Shown here piece by piece: positions 27,898 through 37,538 of a stretch of DNA of 64,000 bases. Each line of letters begins with the position of its first letter. Position 1 is the stretch's first letter. Location of the stretch: the NCBI GenBank assembly GCA_963819655.1, contig CAWFXA010000002.1:1472001-1536000 (forward strand), given 5' to 3'. Source of the DNA: an uncultured Chloroflexia bacterium. Its GTDB lineage: Bacteria > Chloroflexota > Limnocylindria > Limnocylindrales > CSP1-4. The position numbers were made by a program, and so were the translations under genes. The notes under the pieces are model-generated. The model ran no database searches. It saw only the letters and a list, made by a program, of their open reading frames with translations, and was not told the origin of the DNA.

Positions 27898-30574
27898 GTG
27901 CCCCTCGAGGAATACCGCCGCAAGCGCGACTTCAAGCAGACCCCTGAGCCCGCCCCGGTCACCCAGACGGCGGCCAGCGGCACGAGCGGGCGGTTCGTCG
28001 TCCAGCGCCACCGAGCCACGCGACTCCACTACGACTTCCGGCTCGAGATCGATGGCGTCCTCGTCTCGTGGGCCGTTCCCAAGGGCCCGACCCTCGACTC
28101 CAAGATCAGACGCATGGCCGTCCACGTCGAGGACCACCCGATCGAGTACTTCGACTTCGAAGGGCGTCATCCCGGCCAAGCAGTACGGCGCCGGCGACGT
28201 CATCGTCTGGGACTGGGGGACGTGGGAGCCTGAGGCGCCGACCCTCGACGGACGAAAGAGCGTCGATGACGGCGAGCTCAAGTTCCGCCTCAACGGCCAG
28301 AAGCTCAAGGGCCGGTTCACGATCGTGCGAACGAGCCGCCGCCCCGGGCAGGAACCCACCCGGCCTTCGAGGGCGACCAGGGCGAGCAATGGCTGCTCAT
28401 CCACAAGGCCGACGAGCATGCCAAGGCCGGCTGGGACGCCGAGGATCATCCCGCAGAGCGTCAAGACAGGTCGGACGAACGACGAGGTCAAGGAGAACCG
28501 GGACGCGGTCTGGATCAGCCAGGCGCCGGCCGAGACGGCCGAGATCGATCTCGCGGGGGCGAAGGTCGCGCCGCTGCCCCAGAAGATCGAGCCGATGCTG
28601 GCGACCCTGGCCACCAAACCGTTCGACGATGAGGACTGGCTCTTCGAGATCAAGTGGGACGGGTTCAGGGTCCAGGCGGTCGTCGACGACGGCAAGGTCC
28701 GGATCCTGACGCGGAACCTCAACGACGCGGCGACGTACTTCCCGCGCCTGCTTGGTGCACCCGGCCGCTGGCTCGAGGCGAGCCAGGCCATCATCGATGG
28801 CGAGGTCGTGGCGATCGACGAGGCCGGCAGGCCCGACTTCAGCCTGCTGCAGACCAAGCTCGGGGACAAGGAGGCGAGCGGGCTCCTGTACCAGGCGTTC
28901 GACCTGCTGTACCTCGATGGTCGCTCGTTGCTGGACGTGCCTCTCGAGGATCGAAAGCGGCTGCTGCGGAGCGTGCTGAAGGACCATCCCCGGGTCCGCT
29001 TCGCGTCGCATGTCGTACGCGACGGGAAGGCGTTCTTCGAGGCCGCCGGCGCGATGGGTGTCGAGGGCATGGTCGCCAAGCTCCGCCGGTCGCGGTACGA
29101 GCCGGGCAGGCGCAGCGCTTCCTGGCTCAAGATCAAGATCCGACCGGAGCAGGAGCTGGTGGTCGGTGGCTGGACCCCGGGGAGCGGCAACGCCCGCGAC
29201 CTCGGTGCGATGGCGGTCGGGGTGTTCGAAGACGGCAAGCTGCGGTTCGCCGGCAAGGTCGGCAGTGGCTTCACCGGCGCCATCCGCGCGGACCTGCTCA
29301 AACGCCTCAAGCCGCTGGTCCAGGACGACGCGCCGTTCGACCCCGCGCCGCCCAAGGATTACCGTGGCCGGTGGGGCGGCGATCTCAAGGACATCACCTG
29401 GGTCCGGCCCGAGATCGTGATCCGCGCCGAGATCGGCGGCTGGACACGCGACGGTCAGGTCCGCCAGACGGCCTACAAGGGCATCGAAGCGGACCGTGAC
29501 CCGACGACCGTCGTTCGCGAGACCGCGGTCGCGACGACCACTGCGGTCCGTGCCGCCGAAGCCGCTGAGCCACCGCCACCCGAGGAGGAGCCGATGCCAT
29601 CGAGGTCCGCGACCCCGACCTTCGCCGCCGCCACGCCCGACGAGCTGGAAGCGCTCGATGCCCTCCCCAAGGAAGGCGTCTGGCACATCGGCGGGCGCGA
29701 GCTGAAGCTGACGAATCTGGACAAGCCGCTGTTCGAGGCGGACCCGCCGGTGACCAAGCGCGAGCTCGTCCGCTACTTCGCGACGATCGCGCCGACGATG
29801 CTGCCGCACGTGATCGACCGTCCGTTGAACCTGCAGCGCTTCCCGAACGGCGCCGGGGCGCCCGGGTTCTGGCAGAAGGACATCCCCGAGACGGCGCCGA
29901 AGTGGCTGACGCGCTGGCACGAGACCGGCGTCGACGGCCGCACCGATCGCGATGCCAACGACCACCTGCTCGCGATCGATGCGGCCAGCCTGGCCTGGCT
30001 CGGCAACCAGGCGAGCTTCGAGATCCACGCCTGGACCGGCAAGTTGCCCGAGCCGTGGCAGCCGACGTTCGCGTACATCGACATCGACCCCGGCGAGAAG
30101 ACGACCTGGGAGGAGACACTGACGCTGGCGCGGCTGTACCGGACCGCGCTCGAGCATCTCGGCGTGCGCGGCTACCCGAAGACGACCGGCAAGCGCGGCA
30201 TCCAGATCTGGATCCCGATCGTCCAGGGCAAATACGACTTCGGCGACACGAGCGGCTGGGTCGAGCGCGTCTCGAAGGCGGTCGGCTCGACCGTCCCGGA
30301 TCTCATCTCCTGGGAGTGGTCGAAGGGGGCGCGCAAGGGCCGCGCCCGGCTCGACTACACCCAGAACGCGTCGATCAAGACGCTGGTGGCGCCGTATTCC
30401 GTCCGGCCGGCGCCCGGCGCTCCCGTCAGCACACCGATCTCATGGGACGAGCTCGACGACCCCGAGCTTCGTCCGGACCGTTGGACGATCCGGACCCTGC
30501 CCGAGCGTGTGGCGAAGGTCGGCGACCTGTTCGCCGCCGCGCAGACCGACGCGCAGGAGCTGCCGCCGGTCTGA
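27898..30574 (+). CDS. ligD: DNA ligase D (phosphoesterase-ligase-polymerase); frameshifts near 28160 and ~28360/28450
   Basis: [72 protein letters not shown]; adjacent to ku. Confidence 0.93.
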
Positions 30575-30588
30575 GCGCGGCCAGTGGG

Positions 30589-31048
30589 TCAGCTGACGTC
30601 GAAGTCGGCGCGCATGCCCTGCGCGTAGTGCGTTTCGATGTTGCACAGCAGGACGTAATGACCCGCGTCCAGGTCGACCGCCAGCGTCGGCGTCGCAGCG
30701 AGGGCGATGTTCTCGATCTCGTCGACCGGGGTCAGTGTCGTTTCGTCGATCTTGTGGTCGACGACCGGCAGGGCGTCGGCCTTCAGGTCGGTCTTGACGA
30801 CGACGAACTCGTGCAGCTGGGTCCCCGCGTTCTTGACCGCGAAGGTGACCGGACCAGCCGACCCGGTCGCGGGCGACGGCACGACCTTCCACTCGCTGAG
30901 CTCGACAGCGACCTGGCCGCCGGCCGCGGCGGAGGCCGACGCGGCGGCTCGACGGCGAGGCCGCCGTCCCGCCGCAGCCCGCCGCGACCAATCCGACTGT
31001 GAGCGTCACCACGAGCACAAGCGACGACGATCTGGGCATTCGAGGCAT
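30589..31048 (-). CDS. Cupredoxin (type-1 copper) lipoprotein (frameshift near 30950)
   Basis: Lipobox VAAGC; VELSEWKV, N.G...HEFVV and CNIETHYAQGM give the H/C/H/M ligand set. Confidence 0.8.
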
Positions 31049-31118
31049 GCCTCACCTACATGGTCAATTGGTGGCCCTGGGGGCGGGATTCTACTGCTGG
31101 CCACCACGCCACGAGTAC

Positions 31119-32096
31119 TCAGACCAGGCTGACCTCGTCGACCCACTTGACCCAGTCGAGGCCGCGGTGGTCCGGGACGACGAGTCGGCACGGAGCGCCG
31201 TTTTCGACCGGAAGCGGCTGGCCGGCCACCGCGGTCGCCAGCAACGCGGATGCCGCCTCGTCCGCGCTGAGGATCGTCGACCACCCGGTGATCGAGCGGA
31301 CCCGGATGCTGCCGCGCGCGGGGATCGTCAGCAGTCTCGCGAGGGGCACGCCTCGCCAGATCGTCTCGAGCACCCAACCCGAGGTGCAGTCGAGGACGGC
31401 CGTCATGTCCACCTCGCCGAGCGCCTGCAGCTCGTCGAGTGCCAGCGATCGACTCTGACCACCGTTTCCGATCACGGTCAAGCGCCACGCCCCGTGGTCG
31501 ATGGACGGTGCTCCTTCGCCGAAGAACGTGGTCGATGGCGGGATCCCGCCAGATGGCAGCCAGCGAGATCCCGTGAACCGTCGCGTCCCGCCTCGAAGCC
31601 GATCGGCGAGGGAAGTCACGCCGAACGCCGCGACGCCCGCGATCGCGAGCCCGCCAGTCGCGAGCAACGTCCGCCGCGATATCCCGTTCCGTGGCGGGAT
31701 GGTGATGACTCGCCACCGGCGCGGCAGCAGGTGGAATGCGACCAGCGGCACCAGGACCAGGCCCAGCCAGGCGTGGAGCGTCAGCACCGTCCACGACCCG
31801 ACCGTCAGCGGCTCGCCGGCCGCGACCCACAGGAAGCCGCCCGTCAACGCACCGACGGCGAGCAGCGTGACGCCGAGCGCCAGGCCGAGGCGCCCCCACC
31901 GTTTCGCGACCACCGCCCGCGGCACCGATCGCCTCAGCTTCCAGGCCGTCGCCGCGAGCAACGCACCGCCGAGCAGGCCGTGCAGCGTGAAGACCCAGCC
32001 CGCATCCGGGCCGCCGGCCTTGAGCGACAGCAGCCCGGTCGTCGCGATGCCGAGGACAAGGAGCGCAAGCACTCGGTCGAGCGTCGCCAGACTCAT
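31119..32096 (-). CDS. Sulfite-oxidase-family molybdopterin oxidoreductase with N-terminal His-containing membrane domain
   Basis: TM helices with LHG/LHA/FHL; LDCTSGW, WRGVPL, G.PL..ENGAPCRLVVP..RG..WVKW. Confidence 0.85.
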   Translation of the reverse strand: MSLATLDRVLALLVLGIATTGLLSLKAGGPDAGWVFTLHGLLGGALLAATAWKLRRSVPRAVVAKRWGRLGLALGVTLLAVGALTGGFLWVAAGEPLTVGSWTVLTLHAWLGLVLVPLVAFHLLPRRWRVITIPPRNGISRRTLLATGGLAIAGVAAFGVTSLADRLRGGTRRFTGSRWLPSGGIPPSTTFFGEGAPSIDHGAWRLTVIGNGGQSRSLALDELQALGEVDMTAVLDCTSGWVLETIWRGVPLARLLTIPARGSIRVRSITGWSTILSADEAASALLATAVAGQPLPVENGAPCRLVVPDHRGLDWVKWVDEVSLV

Positions 32097-32159
32097 GACG
32101 TGACCCAGTCTGCGCCTCGCGTCTGCGACAGGTCGATGACACGTGGCACGATTCACGGC

Positions 32160-33398
32160 ATGACCAACGAGATCACGTTGCGCAGCCCGCGGCCCGACGA
32201 GCTGCACGAGTTCTGGCGACCGCTCGCGGACGCGTTCGCCGAGAGTCTGACCAAGGAGGAGATCGAGGCGGAGCGTCCGCTGCTCGACTTCGACCGATTG
32301 ATCGGCGCATTCGACGGAGAGATACGAGTCGGGACAGCGGGTGCCTACACCTTCCGGCTGACCGTTCCGGGCGGCGAGGTCGGCGCCGGGGGCATCACCG
32401 GGGTCGCCGTGCGGCCCGACTACCGGCGCCGCGGGATCCTGCGCCAGATGATGGACTGGCTGCTGGAGGACGCCCGGACGCGCGGCGAGCCGGTCGCGGT
32501 CCTGACAGCCTCCGAGGCGGCCATCTACCAGCGGTTCGGGTTCGGCCAGGCATCGACTGCGTCGTCGTTCACGCTCGACGCGGCGCTAGCGGAGTTCGGC
32601 GAGCCCGTGGATCTCGGTGACGGGGCGCAGATCCGCATGGTCGACACGGACGAGGCGACGGAGCTATTCGCCGCGGTCTACGACCGCGTCCGGCCGGGGA
32701 TCCCGGGAGCGCTCGATCGGATCGAGCCGAAATGGCGGCTGTCACTCGTCGCCGACGCCGAGTGGATGCGACGCGGCGGCCAGGGCATCAAGTACCAGGC
32801 GGTGATCGAGATCGATGGCGAGCCGCGCGGCTACGCGATCTATCGCATCGAGCACAGCTGGGGGCCGACCGGCCCGGCGTCGACGATGAACGTCCTCGAG
32901 GTCACCGGCGTCGACCCGGCCGCGGAACAAGCGCTCTGGCAGTGGCTGTTGTCGATGGATCTCGTGCGCACGGTCGTCGGCCGCCGTGGGCCAGTGCCGC
33001 ATCCGCTCCAGCACTGGCTCCTCGAGCCGCGGCGGTTGAGCTTGACGATCACCGACGGGCTGTGGCTGCGAATCCTGGATCTGCCCGAAGCGCTCTCGGC
33101 GCGACGGTACATGGGCTCCGGCTCGCTCGTGCTCGACGTCGCTGACGACATGTTCGACTCGAACGCGGGCCGCTGGCAGCTGAACATCAACGACGGTCGA
33201 GCCGAGGTCGCGCGGACGAAGTCGGCGCCCGACCTGGAGCTCGACATCGGAACGCTGGCGGCGGCCTACCTGGGCGGCTTCCGGTTCGTCGACCTGGGAG
33301 TGGCGGGCCGCGTTCGCGAGTGCCAGCCCGGCGTCCTCCAGGCCGCGGACGCGCTGTTCACACCACCGCGAGCCCCCTGGAATTCGACGCCGTTCTGA
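32160..33398 (+). CDS. eis: Eis-family GNAT acetyltransferase
   Basis: GVAVRPDYRRRGIL, LTASEAAIYQRFGFG, LWLRILD, SCP2-like C-terminus ending in F. Confidence 0.88.
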   Translation: MTNEITLRSPRPDELHEFWRPLADAFAESLTKEEIEAERPLLDFDRLIGAFDGEIRVGTAGAYTFRLTVPGGEVGAGGITGVAVRPDYRRRGILRQMMDWLLEDARTRGEPVAVLTASEAAIYQRFGFGQASTASSFTLDAALAEFGEPVDLGDGAQIRMVDTDEATELFAAVYDRVRPGIPGALDRIEPKWRLSLVADAEWMRRGGQGIKYQAVIEIDGEPRGYAIYRIEHSWGPTGPASTMNVLEVTGVDPAAEQALWQWLLSMDLVRTVVGRRGPVPHPLQHWLLEPRRLSLTITDGLWLRILDLPEALSARRYMGSGSLVLDVADDMFDSNAGRWQLNINDGRAEVARTKSAPDLELDIGTLAAAYLGGFRFVDLGVAGRVRECQPGVLQAADALFTPPRAPWNSTPF

Positions 33399-33411
33399 TA
33401 GGAATTGCTGC

Positions 33412-34066
33412 ATGAACTACCAGTACTACGACTTCCGGAATGCGTTGGTAATCCTCCGGTCTCGCGCGAGCTTCGGAGAATTGGAAAGTGCGCTTCATTC
33501 GATCGAAGCCGAGCATGTCCTGGGAGCCTATTCAGCGATGTCGGAAGCGCGGGCAGGACGTAGGTCACGGCCGCCGGCAGGGGGCCAGGGCGCCCTGAAC
33601 CGAGTGATCGATGACCTTCTCTCGCGTGCCGGGTGGGAGTCGCAGCCGCCATTGTTTCGTGACCGGACCCTCGAGAAGTGGAAGATGGACTTTCGGAAGG
33701 AAGGCATCGGCGTCGAGGTGTCGTTCAACCACGCGGAGGCTATTCCGTGGCAATTCACGCGGCTCAACATCGCTGGCGAGTCTGATCGTGTCCTTGAGGA
33801 CAATCGGATTGACGTCTGGCGTTGTCGTGTGTGCCGCTCCGAGCCTCAAAGCATGGGCGCGGATGGACAGTGCCGTAGGTACCTTCGACCAATTCAAGGC
33901 GTGGCTCCGCGAGATGCGGCCGATCCTGCCGGTTCCGCTTCTACTTATCGGCCTCGAAACGGATGGTTGGCCGGCTGGGACGTTCCGAGGAACTGATACG
34001 GGGTCTCGGACCCGGATCGAGGCGACTGGTTTCGCCGCTGAATCTGGCCACCTGCTTCGACGATGA
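33412..34066 (+). CDS. BglII/BstYI-like restriction endonuclease (frameshift near 33815)
   Basis: Q..LN..I...L...GW, MDFRKEGIGVEVSF, then GVVV...VPLLLIGL in a second frame; visibly lower GC; next to vsr and the MTase. Confidence 0.65.
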
Positions 34067-34460
34067 CGGAGACGTCAGCGACTAGCTCGTGCTCCCATGC
34101 TTCCAGAACTACCCAGCCGCTTGCCTCGAGGCGACCCCTCTTTCGCGCATCCCGCTCGCGATTGAGCTCGAACTTACGAGCCCAGAAGTCGGGGTTCGAC
34201 TTCGGCAGGATCGGGTAGCAGCGCGGGCAGTGGTGCCAGAAGCAGCCATGGACGAAGATCGCGACCTTGCGGCCGGGATAGGCGATGTCTGGCCGGCCCG
34301 GCGCCTTGCGCCAGTTGAGTCGATAGCCACCTAGCCCAGCTGCGCGTAGCGCCTCCCGAAGGCGCCGCTCAGGGCCCGTGTCCCGCGCCCGATTGGCGCG
34401 CATCACGTTTCGGACCGCCGGGCTCGTCGGCGGTGGATTCGGAAGCTGGAGGCCAGCCAT
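33945..34460 (-). CDS. vsr: Very-short-patch repair endonuclease (3' end uncertain)
   Basis: MRANRARDTGPE, PGRPDI, FVHGCFWHHCP, PKSN..FW..K..N.ERD, GW.V...WE. Confidence 0.93.
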   Translation of the reverse strand: MAGLQLPNPPPTSPAVRNVMRANRARDTGPERRLREALRAAGLGGYRLNWRKAPGRPDIAYPGRKVAIFVHGCFWHHCPRCYPILPKSNPDFWARKFELNRERDARKRGRLEASGWVVLEAWEHELVADVSVIVEAGGQIQRRNQSPRSGSETPYQFLGTSQPANHPFRGR

Positions 34461-34462
34461 CG

Positions 34463-35887
34463 CTAGGAGGCAGCCGCCCGCTCCGTCTCGGAGACGGGCA
34501 CGGCCATCTCCATGATCAGCTCGTCGGCGATGCGCTCGACCAGGCCGACGACCAGGGCGTTGCCCATCATGAAGGCCCGCTTACCGTCAGACATCCCGGT
34601 CGTCCAGTCGCCGGGGAAACCGTCCAGCCGCTCCAGCTCGCGCGGCGTCAGGCGTCGATACCGGCCGTCCTCGGTCTGGATCAGGTGCTTGAAGCGCGAT
34701 GGTGTCGCGCCGCCCTCGCCGGTGAGGATCGTCCGCGACGGGCCGTCGATGTGGTCGGGGAAGGGGATCGAGCCCTCGTCGTACGTGTACTCATGCCCGT
34801 CGCGCGGCTGATCCTCGTCAGGCTCTTGGCGCCCTTGAGGAACCGCCACTTCTCGAGGTCCTCGCCCTCGACGAAGAACTGTGCCGGGACGTCCTCGGCG
34901 GGTTCGAGGATGTCGGCAAGGAGCGTCCGCTCGCCGACCCAAGCTGGACGGACGTCGTCGTCCAGACCGCCGCCCCACGACCGCCGAGCTGATTCGCATG
35001 ACACCGGCGTTGCCGAATGGCGTTCGCTTCGGCCCGACGTTGAAGGTGTCGCTGACGACCTTGACGTCACGGTCGAGCGAGACGGGCGTCCAGTCGAATG
35101 GCTCCTTGGCTCGCGAAGCGGCAAGGCCCGTGCGAGGACCCCGGACTGAGTCAGCTGGTCGTACGGACTGCCTTCGGCTCGCCCGAGCCGACCGATGATG
35201 AAGACTCGCCGCCGCTTCTGCGGGAAGCCGTAGTCGGCGGCGTTGACGACCCGCCACTCGACCTCGTAGCCGAGGTCCGCGAGCGACGCGAGCATCACGG
35301 CGAAGTCTCGACCGCGCTGGCCGCTCGGCGACTTGATCAGTCGGTCGACGTTCTCGAGGAACAGGTACTTGACCGGACGGCCCGCGGCGAGCTTCAGCCG
35401 AAGCAGTCGGTGGATCTCCCACCAGAGCACACCCTTCTTGCCGACGAGACCGTGCGCCTGTCGGAGGGTCTCTGGCGACCGAGTAGTCCTGGCAAGGGAA
35501 GCCGCCGACCACGAGGTCGACATCCGGGATGGTCTGGAAGGCGGCCCGTCGACCGACCGCGTTGACCTCTGACTCGTACTGGTCGAGGACCGTCGGCGAT
35601 GTCCTCGTTGACCGCCTCGTGCTCGGCCAGACCGAGGTCGGTCGACCTGGTGCGCGACGTCCGCGCAGCCCCCGACCGTGCGTCTGGAAGTCGCCGTCGC
35701 GGACATGTCGGACGTAGCAGTCGAAGGCGTGCTGGGCCCTCGTCGCTGGCTCCCACTGATTGCTCCAGACGACGTCAAAACCGGCGCGATCGAGTGCGAG
35801 ATGGAAGCCCCCGACCCCGGCGAATAGCTCGGCGACGGTCGGTCGGCGACCGGTCTCACCACCGGTCTCGAGGTCGGTATTGGTCAT
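34463..35887 (-). pseudogene. C5-cytosine DNA methyltransferase, M.Sau3AI-like; many frameshifts
   Basis: ELFAGVGGF, NQWEP....QHAFDCY, GGFPCQDYSVA, KKGVLWWEI, LENVDRL.KSP..QRGRDF, PQKRRRVFI, SRTILTGEGG, RRLTP.ELERL.GFP, MGNALVV, spread over alternating frames. Pseudogene versus assembly error is unresolved. Confidence 0.8.
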
Positions 35888-35985
35888 GCGGAGCCCTTCG
35901 TAGTCGGGGGGCGGGATGTCTGGAGTGTAGCCGATCCAGTTCATGGGATCAAGTTCGGACCCGTTTGCGACAGGTCCGATGTCGC

Positions 35986-36610
35986 TCACGTCAGCGCGAT
36001 CAACCCGTAGAGCTGCTCGCCCGTCGACTGCAGGAAGCCGCCGTTGAGCAGCGTGACAGACACGTCGTCGCGGTTCGGCCAGTTCGGGTCGTACAGGCGG
36101 ATCGTGGTCGGGCCGTCGGGGCCGGCTGTGTCGTAGCCGAACGCCAGCACCTGGTGATCCTTCGTCAGGTGGAACGGGTTCCAGCCGTGGTGCCGCACGA
36201 GGCCGACCATCGGCAGCCGGCCGGCGTCGATCGCGGCCCGGATCCTGCGGCCACTCGACGTGGAGCGTCCGGCGCCGCAGCCGTTCCGGCGAGGTGCCGG
36301 CCGACAGCCAGAACCGCAGCGGCCCGCGCATCCAGTCGAGGGACATGACCTGCCGGCGCACGATCGCCCGGAACAGCGGCGAGCCGTTGTCGGGCGCCGA
36401 CGTATCGGCCGGCATGGGGAGCCCGGTCTCGAAGCGTTCCCGCACGAACCAGCTCATCCCGCCGCACAGCCCCGCCTCGGCGTCGCCGACCCCGACCCAG
36501 CGCGGATCGATGAAGCCGAGGCGCACGGTCGGCCCCGGCGGGAAGCGGTTCGAGAAGTGCAGGCCATGGACCGACGGCAGGAAGCCCGGGACGGCCTTCG
36601 AATTCGGCAT
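35986..36610 (-). CDS. Hypothetical protein with papain-like Cys/His/Asp motifs (frameshift near 36245)
   Basis: HGLHFSNRF, GLCGGM, then HQVLAFGY and LYDPN in a second frame. Confidence 0.6.
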
Positions 36611-36630
36611 GTCGTCGCGCATCCTACGCC

Positions 36631-36666
36631 TTGACCGACCATCACAGTCGATTATGATGATCGACT
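36631..36666 (+). promoter_or_regulatory. Sigma70-type promoter and palindromic operator of the TA operon
   Basis: TTGACC (36631)-16 bp-TATGAT (36653); inverted repeat AGTCGAT-N7-ATCGACT (36646-36666) straddles the -10. Confidence 0.65.
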
Positions 36667-37002
36667 ATGAGAATCGTGACGGCGATGGACCTGCGAAAGC
36701 GGCTCGGCGAGATCCTGGATGCGGCCTCCGCTGGCGAGCGCATCCTCATCGAGCGTGACCGCAAGCCGCTGGCTTACCTGGTTTCGGTCGAGGATGCCGA
36801 GCGCCTCGAGCCCGACAGGGGTGAGGTGACGCGCCGCCGACTGGAGGCGCTCGACCGACTCGTCGCGTTCGGCAAGGAGATGCGCGCGAAGTACCCGGAG
36901 CCGGACGACGGGCTGACCTATACGGAATGGCGGCGCCGGGACCTTGAACGACGAACGGATCAGATCATTCGCGCGTCGAAGAGCGGCAGATCCGGTACGT
37001 GA
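36667..37002 (+). CDS. Phd/YefM-family antitoxin
   Basis: VTAMDLRKRLGEILD....GERILIER..KP.AYLV. Confidence 0.88.
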   Translation: MRIVTAMDLRKRLGEILDAASAGERILIERDRKPLAYLVSVEDAERLEPDRGEVTRRRLEALDRLVAFGKEMRAKYPEPDDGLTYTEWRRRDLERRTDQIIRASKSGRSGT

Positions 37003-37532
37003 CGACGATGCCACCGCTCGTCGTCGATACCTCGGCGGCTATCGCGATCATCCGGGAGGAGCCGGCGGGCGCCGCTGCCGCGCGGATCACCAGGACCGCG
37101 GAGACCGCCGGCACGCGCGTGGTCGTGCCATCGCACTTCTGGCTCGAACTGATGAACCCGCTGCTGACGCGCTACCGATTCGGAGGCGTGGACGTGATCC
37201 AGGCGATCCACGAACTCGACCGACTTGGTTTGGAGACGATTGAGATCGACCGATCCTTGGTGTTCTCGACGCTGGACCTGGCCGAGCGTCATGGCCTGAC
37301 GGCGTACGACGCCATGTACCTTGCCCTCGCGATCTCCCTCGACGGTCGCCTGCTCACCTTCGATGAGCAGCTGTACTTGGCATCCGGCGCACGAGCCATC
37401 GCGATCGACGATGGACACCGCAGCGGCGAAACCACTGCAACGTACGAGCACGAGGTGACCTGGCCGAACTACAAGGAAGCATCGGCGTATCTCGCGCGGT
37501 TACGAGCGGATGCCCTCGAAGGCCGCGGCTGA
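36999..37532 (+). CDS. vapC: PIN-domain (VapC) toxin
   Basis: VVDTSA, E, LTAYDAMYLALA, LLTFDEQL; GTGA overlap with the antitoxin. Confidence 0.9.
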   Translation: MTTMPPLVVDTSAAIAIIREEPAGAAAARITRTAETAGTRVVVPSHFWLELMNPLLTRYRFGGVDVIQAIHELDRLGLETIEIDRSLVFSTLDLAERHGLTAYDAMYLALAISLDGRLLTFDEQLYLASGARAIAIDDGHRSGETTATYEHEVTWPNYKEASAYLARLRADALEGRG

Positions 37533-37538
37533 TCCGGT

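Noticed and set aside
26196-30574. ku-ligD (and lhr-nei at 58038-63427) as a novel repair system
   Set aside because: Both are well-described conserved gene pairs.
30999-33398. 799-aa extended Eis protein
   Set aside because: The first ~387 codons are the antisense shadow of the molybdopterin oxidoreductase; the real start is ATG 32160.
34463-36622. 719-aa peptidase-methyltransferase fusion in the ORF track
   Set aside because: It arises from frameshifts in GC-rich DNA. The upstream gene has its own stop at 35986 in another frame, and the MTase motifs alternate between frames.
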